DNA of 62,293 bases from IMG/VR virus record IMGVR_UViG_3300031726_000004, positions 1-62,293 of that record. The stretch is one strand, 5' to 3'. Both the position numbers and the translations under genes were made by a program. Source of the DNA: a virus. Its lineage: Duplodnaviria > Caudoviricetes. Below, piece by piece: positions 56,985-62,293 of the stretch (positions within the stretch are counted from its first letter, which is position 1; the number at the start of each line of letters is the position of its first letter). The notes beneath the pieces were generated by a model. It made no database searches, was not told the DNA's origin, and worked only from the letters and a program-made list of their open reading frames with translations.

Positions 56985-59900
56985 ATGCGCGCCACAAGCT
57001 ATGCGATCACCATCTATCGATCGCCGTCTGATCATCCGGATAAATTCGTGGCGCGCGTGTTCATCACAAACTTCGGTCCCGAGCCGATCCCGACCGATCG
57101 ATGCGCAATCGTCGATACGCTGGAACAGGCACGCGACGTGATCCCGGCCGGTTGGCTGTGCTTCCCTCGCGCCGCTGATGATGATCCCGTCATCGTCGAA
57201 ACGTGGATGTGACCGTGGCAATGATCCCGATCCCCGACCGCATGAAGCATCTGAGAACCGTGCGAGATATCGCGGTGCCCTATGGCGTTGTGATCGGCAA
57301 TGACGGGACGCCGCACTTTTCAATCAACGATGAAAGGGTGCGGATACAGTCGATTAGGCGCGATCTTTGTGCAATCTGCGGCACCAAACTATTCCGTGGC
57401 CGATGGCTAGTTGGTGGCCCGCTTGCGGCGTTTCACCCTGACGGCGCATTCGTTGATCCACCGATGCATCACGAATGCTCGCATTACGCGTTGTGCGTCT
57501 GCCCCTATCTCGCCGCTCCACAGTATGTTCGTGAAGTTGGATTGACCAAGGTCGCTGCAAAGCGCGACACCTTTCCTGACAAGATCATCATGGTTGACAC
57601 CACCATGATGCCGGGCCGCCCCTTCGGCGATCTCTTCGTTGCGCTGATGACGACAAGCCGGCTCACCGTTTTCCAGAATTTCAATGTCAAACCAAAGCCA
57701 CCTTATCAGACCGTCGAATATTGGCGACGCGGGCAACAGATCGACGCAGCGGAAGGCGCGCAGATCGTTGCTGATGCCTTGCGTAACTATTCGAGAGGCT
57801 GACCATGACGACCTTGATCATCGGTCCCGACGAACACAAGCGAATTGCCGAGATCATCGCGGAAGCCAAGGCGCACCCGATCCCGTTGTCAGTGCTTCGT
57901 CATGGCCTGATGGATGACACCGACATGTTGACGCTTGAGCAGCGCCGCAAGATGCGGCCGGACTTCGTGCGCCCGATCTCCGCAAGCATGATCTTCCCCG
58001 GCGGCTATCGTGCCGCGTTCTCAATTGAAGAACAGCCATCGGGCTTCTGCACCCATCTGTCGATTAGTATCGATGGACACCACAAGGGCAAAGCACCGAG
58101 CCCGGCAGCGGTTGAAATGATCGCGAGGGCATTCGGCGTGCCGTTCCCGCCGCACAAGGGATGGATGGAAGAATACCAACCCGGAGAATATGCGATCAAC
58201 CTTGTTTCGCTTTATGGGCCACCGAGCACGGAGGGACACGCATGAATTTCCAGACCGGCGATCACGTCGAAATCACCTGCGAAGGCCGCACCGTTGACGG
58301 TGTCGTTTCACTGGCATCACCGAGCGGCATGTCATTGGTCCTCTCTTTTGAAGCAGTGTTGAACAACCACGGCGGCATCATGCCGGTGTTGCGTTGCGAT
58401 GATAGTAATTATATCGCCGTCCTGTCGGGCGCTCAAGTCATCGTCAGGAGCAAGAACCATGAGCGACACTGACACGCTGGAAGGGCTGGTGACTGAGCTA
58501 CGTCAACAGGATGAACCCATCATGATACGCGCCGCCGAGATGCTTGAGCGAATGGACCGCTTGACGAACTCGCTGGCCAACCAGCTTGCAACAGCGATCC
58601 GGCGCAACGCCCGGATCATGGCCATCGTGCAAAAGCAGTTGCCAATCGATCAACTACTTGTCGCGTTACAGACCTTGAAGGATGAACCATGAGCGACGCC
58701 GACGTCACACCGGATTTCACTGAAGACGATCGCGTCATCGACGCGTTGCGGCGCGATACCTGTCCGGACTGCGGCAACCTGGGTTTCGACGGCGGGCCGC
58801 GTGGCGGCAGCGGACAGAACATTTTCTGTTCCGATTGCGGATCGGGGTTCAACGTCGCAACGCCACGCTACATCATATTCGCGCAACGCATCGGCAAGCG
58901 GGGATCATCATGAAACTCACAATCGAACCACAGCCGAAAGAGTACACCGACGACAAGGCCGCGATGTTGCAGATAGTCGAGACTGGCGAATTTATTGTGA
59001 TCGGCACGCCCGGCGCACAGCGATGTGCCAGAGAGATCAGACGCGCCGTCAACTTCCATGAACCGTTAGTGGCTGTGCTCACGCTGTTTCGATCCAGCGA
59101 AATGGGCAAACTGTTGATTGATGCGATGTTCTACAAAACCGCTGTCGCTGATGTCGCACCAATCGACGATATCATCGAAGCGCAATCGCGCATGACTAAG
59201 CTGATCAACTCGGTTGACGTGATCCTGAAGGGTTTGGAGTTGATGAAAGAACGCGATGAAGCGCCCGACTCGGCAATGCAACACGACTATGTGCCTGATG
59301 AAGATCAGACCATGGGTGACTCTGCACCACCGAACCCTGAAACCAAGGACTGACGCCAATGGAATTGAAAATGGCATTCCACTCGGTGAACGGTCGGCGC
59401 ATGGTCGAAGTCTTCGACAACAGCGGCGCACTTGTCGCCGGCATCTATCCTGACGAAACCAGCAACGGCATCAGGATCATCAGCAAGTACATTGCAACAT
59501 TCGATATCGAAAAGGACACCGAGAGTAGCGAGCCGCTTCCTGCGTTTACTATCAAATTCCTGCGTGCTCATGAACGATGACGTCCCGACAGTCCAGTTAG
59601 GCGACCTCACCGTGTTCGGCAAATTCCCGTTGCCGATGATGAAGGCTCTAGCGGTCATCACGACCTGTCTGCATGAAGCCTATGACGACGTGTCGGGATT
59701 TCCGCCCGGCACCTCGAAAGACAAGTGCCTTTTCACATCGCTCGCGGTGCGCGACTTCCTTGTGCGGATCGGATTTCCAGATGCCACCGTGCGCGGTGTC
59801 GCGCTCTACATGGCCGCCATCGATCGCGATGACGATTTGATCCATTCGATTGGCGTCGGGATGCCCGGCTCATTTCAATTGCCCGGCAAGTTCAACGGGC

Positions 59901-60208
59901 ACGCGGTCTGCACCGTGCCATCGCTCAACCTGTTGATCGACACCACGCTGTATCAGGCGATCCGCCCGGCATGGGCCGGCGCGGTGCGCGGCATGATGGC
60001 TGTCGAATACGGCCCACCCCGGCCGCACCAAATCATCCATGGCCGCCCCGGCATTGCCGGCGTGCAGATGAAAGGGGACGATCGCGACGTCATCATCGTT
60101 TGGCTCGACAGGCCCGAACTGAATTGGCGCAACAGTGAAGACTTCCGAGTCCGCAATCACAGACGCATCGGTGTCACCAAGGCTTTGTGCGAGATATACG
60201 GGCAATAA
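56985..60208 (+). other. Run of nine coupled hypothetical ORFs (starts 56985, 57203, 57805, 58242, 58459, 58689, 58910, 59359, 59570)
   Basis: Continuous plus-strand tiling with many ATGA overlaps; several Cys/His motifs. Confidence 0.6.
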
Positions 60209-60234
60209 AAAAAGCCCCGCGCGAGGCGGGGCTT
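60207..60234 (-). terminator. Intrinsic terminator between convergent operons
   Basis: AAGCCCCGC-GCGAG-GCGGGGCTT with A7 on plus (U-tract on minus). Confidence 0.85.
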
Positions 60235-60326
60235 GAAGGGCGATGACCGGGGCTAAATCATCGCGGAGATAACAGCAACCAGCAATGGGGCTGCTATCAC
60301 CAGAAACGGCCACAGCCGAAACATCG

Positions 60327-60788
60327 TCATGTCTTGGTTGTGGCAATGGTCGCGATCGGCTCAGCCGTCGCGATCTTCTCTCTTAGCTCGGTGCATGTCT
60401 TGCGCACGGCCTCCGTCATCATTGCGCATTGTTCGATGCTGTCGAATGTGCGCTTGGCTTGATCCCGGTACAGTGCCGCCGTTTCATTGAGAAAGGTGAT
60501 CGTGTTGTTGACTTCAGCCGCTTGTGCCTCGGCCTTCGCCGCCATGTCCAGCAACTCCCGGCCCATGGCTTCAATCGCCTTGGCTGCGGTCTCATAGTCA
60601 CGCGCCACCGCTTCAGCGCTCAGCGCGCCTACACGCGTGATGCCTTCCCTATGCGTCACGTAGTCCGGCATGGGTTCGATAATGGTCTGAGTCGCGCGAC
60701 GTGGCAAGTGAGCAACCACGTCGCCGACTTCCTGCTCCAACGCATCAACATCGAACACAGGGGCATGCCGCAAACGATCCGTCGTCAT
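60327..60788 (-). CDS. Coiled-coil hypothetical protein
   Basis: Last gene of leftward operon. Confidence 0.55.
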   Translation of the reverse strand: MTTDRLRHAPVFDVDALEQEVGDVVAHLPRRATQTIIEPMPDYVTHREGITRVGALSAEAVARDYETAAKAIEAMGRELLDMAAKAEAQAAEVNNTITFLNETAALYRDQAKRTFDSIEQCAMMTEAVRKTCTELREKIATAEPIATIATTKT

Positions 60789-60887
60789 CACGTGGCAATC
60801 TCCTTTCGCAAGTGAAGCTGACGGAATGCTACTTGAACGCCCGCGCAAATTCCTTGTTGATATCTCGCAAAATCACCGTGGATATCT

Positions 60888-61301
60888 TCAGCCGCCAACC
60901 GGCGTTGTGTCGGTTGCGGATGTTTCACCGGTCACAGCATCGACGACGGGAGGCGGCACCGGCACCGGCATCGCGGCCTTGATACTGGCAACGCTGGCAA
61001 CGATGGTGTCGGTGGAAGCGACAATCGCGGCCAAGTCTTCAGCATCGACGGGGACACCGGGGACGATGCCTGCGATTTGCGCTTTGAGATCGATCACTTG
61101 CGCTTCGACCGTGGTCAATTCGGTGGTCGCTTCGGTGATCGCAACGCCCTGCGTTGTGACGGCTTCGACAAGGGCTTGGACTTCAGGGACTAGCGCCATA
61201 AGTATTTTCTCCACGCGTGTTTCCCAAAGGCTTGATTGCCATTGGGCATTCAAAAGAAGTTGCAGATCGGCATGAATGGTATCGAGTGTTGCGACGACCA
61301 T
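60888..61301 (-). CDS. Acidic coiled-coil protein
   Basis: RBS GAAGG; heptad pattern. Confidence 0.6.
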   Translation of the reverse strand: MVVATLDTIHADLQLLLNAQWQSSLWETRVEKILMALVPEVQALVEAVTTQGVAITEATTELTTVEAQVIDLKAQIAGIVPGVPVDAEDLAAIVASTDTIVASVASIKAAMPVPVPPPVVDAVTGETSATDTTPVGG

Positions 61302-61311
61302 TTGTGAACCT

Positions 61312-62151
61312 TCATTTCATGACATGCGTGATCACGGTCAACACCAACGCGCCGATGCCGATCACCATGCCGGTCACACCGAAAACGAAACCGCGTCCGT
61401 CTGTCGTGTCGTTTCGCTTGTCGGATTGTTGATCGCGATATTCGATGCGCGCCGCCGCGTGTCCGGTGTTGCCACCTTCGCCTTTGTCCAGTCGCGACTT
61501 GACGTCCAGAATTTGCGTGCTCAAGCCGGCGATCGACGTTTGAAACAACGCCTGCAATTGCTTGATGTTTTCGATGGTCGATCCCTCGCTCTTGGCGATT
61601 GCGAGCGCAGATGATTTCTGTGTTTCGCCTGCGGCTTCCTTCTGTGCCTGCAAGGCGGCTGCGATGGCTGTCGATGATGCCAAGGTCAATTGATCGGTTC
61701 GCTTGTCGCGCTCGCTGAATTGCTGATCAATGCGAATGAAGCGCTGATCAGAAATATCGTTCATGCCCTTGAGCGCGGTCTGGATCACCGAAAAGCGGCC
61801 TTCGATCAACTCGCGCAAGTGCACGGCGGCTTCCGCGATTTCATTTGGCCGCTTCTTGACTTCGTCGTCGATGTGGTCAAACGCCTTGTTGACGGCAATG
61901 TAGCGTTCCTCGAAACGCGCCCATAGCTCGCCAACCGTTGGGGATTTGTTGGCTTGCTGTTGCAACAGATCGACAGCACGGTCCATGCCATCGAGCCGGA
62001 TTTCGACCACCCCGCGCAAACCGTCGATCGCGGCGGCCAATTGCTTGGTGGTCAGAACGGTCGGATCGGGCACCGGCCGTCGATCAAAAATTGACGTCTC
62101 GTTTTCGCCCGCGACCAGATCAGGATTTTCGGGCAACGACCCCATGCTCAC
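61312..62151 (-). CDS. Coiled-coil protein with C-terminal TM (lysis region)
   Basis: Long heptads and terminal hydrophobic segment. Confidence 0.65.
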   Translation of the reverse strand: MSMGSLPENPDLVAGENETSIFDRRPVPDPTVLTTKQLAAAIDGLRGVVEIRLDGMDRAVDLLQQQANKSPTVGELWARFEERYIAVNKAFDHIDDEVKKRPNEIAEAAVHLRELIEGRFSVIQTALKGMNDISDQRFIRIDQQFSERDKRTDQLTLASSTAIAAALQAQKEAAGETQKSSALAIAKSEGSTIENIKQLQALFQTSIAGLSTQILDVKSRLDKGEGGNTGHAAARIEYRDQQSDKRNDTTDGRGFVFGVTGMVIGIGALVLTVITHVMK

Positions 62152-62293
62152 ACCTCGCGATCAAGGTTGCCGGGCTTGTGCAACAGCAGATAGGTCAACG
62201 CCTCGGTGAGACTGTGCACCAGTCGATTGCGCACCGCGACATTGGATGGACATACGGTCTTATCGGGATCGGCATCATCGAAGTGATAGACGA
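62148..62293 (-). CDS. 3' part of a 53-aa ORF that starts at position 16 and spans the window junction
   Basis: Joined sequence reads MHVVVIVYHFDDADPDK...LDREV*. Confidence 0.55.
   Translation of the reverse strand, partial: VYHFDDADPDKTVCPSNVAVRNRLVHSLTEALTYLLLHKPGNLDREV

Larger units (their letters stand above)
1..62293. mobile_element. Temperate tailed phage genome (lambda-like head, P2-like contractile tail), apparently complete and circular
   Basis: Head, tail, lysis, replication, immunity and integrase modules are all present; no host housekeeping genes; an ORF reads across the end-to-start junction. Confidence 0.93.

Noticed and set aside
1-62293. tRNA or rRNA genes
   Set aside because: None recognised by eye; tRNAscan-SE would be needed to exclude them.

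Overview
The window looks like a complete, circularly permuted ~62 kb temperate phage genome in its excised (attP) form. The host is probably an alphaproteobacterium of the Rhizobiales type, inferred from GcrA-like and DnaA-CTD-like genes. Minus strand 1-28.5 kb: lysis genes, a P2-like contractile tail and baseplate, and a lambda-like head (major capsid E, decoration D, S49 protease, portal, GpA/Nu1 terminase). Plus strand 28.6-31.7 kb: an ardC-led cassette with its own operators and repeated hairpins, next to a lambda-like cos site (~31.79 kb). Minus strand 32-42 kb: replication and late-control genes (primase-helicase, iteron-like ori, PD-(D/E)XK nuclease, VRR-NUC, GcrA-like, Cro). Plus strand 42.3-60.2 kb: CI and a long accessory operon that includes a large serine integrase with a probable attP inside its 3' end. 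The standout is at 43,993-45,845: a solo Cas7/RAMP-like gene and a partner gene flanked by about eight non-coding units built from 5-nt YRC-NN periods (conserved triplet, variable dinucleotide). This is a candidate RNA-guided system using a gapped dinucleotide code rather than CRISPR spacers. All product calls come from motif and synteny recognition by eye; no database searches were run.
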